The position numbers were made by a program, and so were the translations under genes. Positions 63,065 through 64,000 of a DNA stretch of 64,000 bases are shown one piece after another. This stretch comes from Gemmatimonadota bacterium (GTDB lineage Bacteria > Gemmatimonadota > Gemmatimonadetes > Gemmatimonadales > GWC2-71-9). Under the pieces are notes generated by a model. That model had not been told where the DNA came from and did no database searches. It saw only the letters and a list, made by a program, of their open reading frames with translations. The DNA is taken from assembly GCA_036679645.1 (NCBI GenBank), contig JAZDCY010000035.1:1-64000 (forward strand), written 5' to 3'. Position 1 is the first letter of the stretch. Each line of letters opens with the position of its first letter.

Positions 63065-64000
63065 CAGTCCATCTGTCGCCGGATGAACGTTGGGATCTCC
63101 ATTTCGCTGACGTTTTCCGCCTCTTCCGTCGACGTCGGCGCGGCAGGAGGTGGCGTGACGAGACGTGCACCCGACGAGCGCGGGTGCGAGTGCCGCTCCG
63201 GGAACTGCAGCACGCCCGGAGGCGTCCGCGCGAAGGGACCCTCCCCCCTGGCGGCTTCCCTGTCAAAACCGGTCGCGATCACGGTCACGCGGATTTCGCC
63301 GGCCATCGCCGGATCATGCACCGCCCCAAAGATGATCTCTGCCTGATCCCCCGCCGCTTCGTGGATCACCTCGCTGATCTGATTGACCTCACCGAGCGTG
63401 AGATCCTCGCCGCCGGTGATGTTGACTAGGACGCCGGTGGACCCGTTGATCGACACGTCGTCGAGTAGTGGGCTCGAAATGGCCTGCTGCGACGCATCGA
63501 GTGCCCGATCTTCGTTACGCCCAATACCCGTCCCCATGAGCGCGGAGCCGCCGTTTTGCATGACCGTGCGGACATCAGCGAAATCGACGTTCACCAGACC
63601 TGTGACGCTGATCAGGGTCGAGATACCCTGGGTCGCATGGAGCAAGACCTCGTCGGCCTTCTTTAACGCTTCCTGGAACGGCACGTTCTTGCCAACCACC
63701 GACAGAAGGCGCTCGTTTGGCACGACGATCATCGTATCGACGTGCTTGCGCATTTCTTGTATGCCGATGTCGGCTTGCCGCATTCGCTTCTTGCCCTCGA
63801 AGAGGAACGGCTTCGTGATGATCCCGACAGTGAGTGCGCCCACGTCACGAGCCAGCTGGCAGATGATGGGGGCCGCACCCGTGCCGGTGCCGCCGCCCAT
63901 GCCGCACGTGACGAAGACGAGATCGGCGCCCTCGAGAACGCGCAAGGCGTCGTCGCGGTTCTCTTCGATCGCCTGGCGCCCAATTTCGGGCCGGGCGCCC
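63064..64000 (-). CDS. ftsZ: Cell division protein FtsZ (5' end outside the window)
   Basis: GMGGGTGTG, NVDFAD, C-terminal EIPTFIRRQMD. Confidence 0.97.
   Translation of the reverse strand, partial: GARPEIGRQAIEENRDDALRVLEGADLVFVTCGMGGGTGTGAAPIICQLARDVGALTVGIITKPFLFEGKKRMRQADIGIQEMRKHVDTMIVVPNERLLSVVGKNVPFQEALKKADEVLLHATQGISTLISVTGLVNVDFADVRTVMQNGGSALMGTGIGRNEDRALDASQQAISSPLLDDVSINGSTGVLVNITGGEDLTLGEVNQISEVIHEAAGDQAEIIFGAVHDPAMAGEIRVTVIATGFDREAARGEGPFARTPPGVLQFPERHSHPRSSGARLVTPPPAAPTSTEEAENVSEMEIPTFIRRQMD

Overview
GC-rich bacterial chromosomal segment made mostly of core genes. Gene content and order (Man-family PTS with HprK followed by metK-ahcY, rib-nusB, recO-selB, ftsZ-M23-hisA-like-ftsY-recG, a T9SS/FlgD-type C-terminal-domain protein) suggest Gemmatimonadota or the FCB group; this is an inference and was not searched. 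About 44 kb (6.9-51.2 kb) is one minus-strand gene run: alr, deoB, cdd, mtaB, miaB, comEC, fbp, methylmalonyl-CoA mutase, argS, purM, ribD/E/BA/H, nusB, hpf, hprK, PTS, metK, ahcY, a cobalamin riboswitch with btuFCDB, recO, selB, clpB and tadA. I saw no rRNA, tRNA, CRISPR array or transposase. Most notable: (1) an in-frame MiaB-ComFB fusion directly upstream of comEC; (2) an ECF sigma / zinc anti-sigma / 'mini-secretin' lipoprotein triad; (3) a ~90-100 bp hairpin element with octamer-repeat arms and a 42-nt core, present as direct repeats on both sides of thrA; (4) apparent clean in-frame deletions in thrA, cdd and probably at the miaB/comFB junction, which could be real or assembly artefacts; (5) a probable CTG start for argS, a cargo-less T9SS-CTD-like secreted protein, and a vapBC-like module with twin palindromic operators. 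All family assignments come from motif recognition only.
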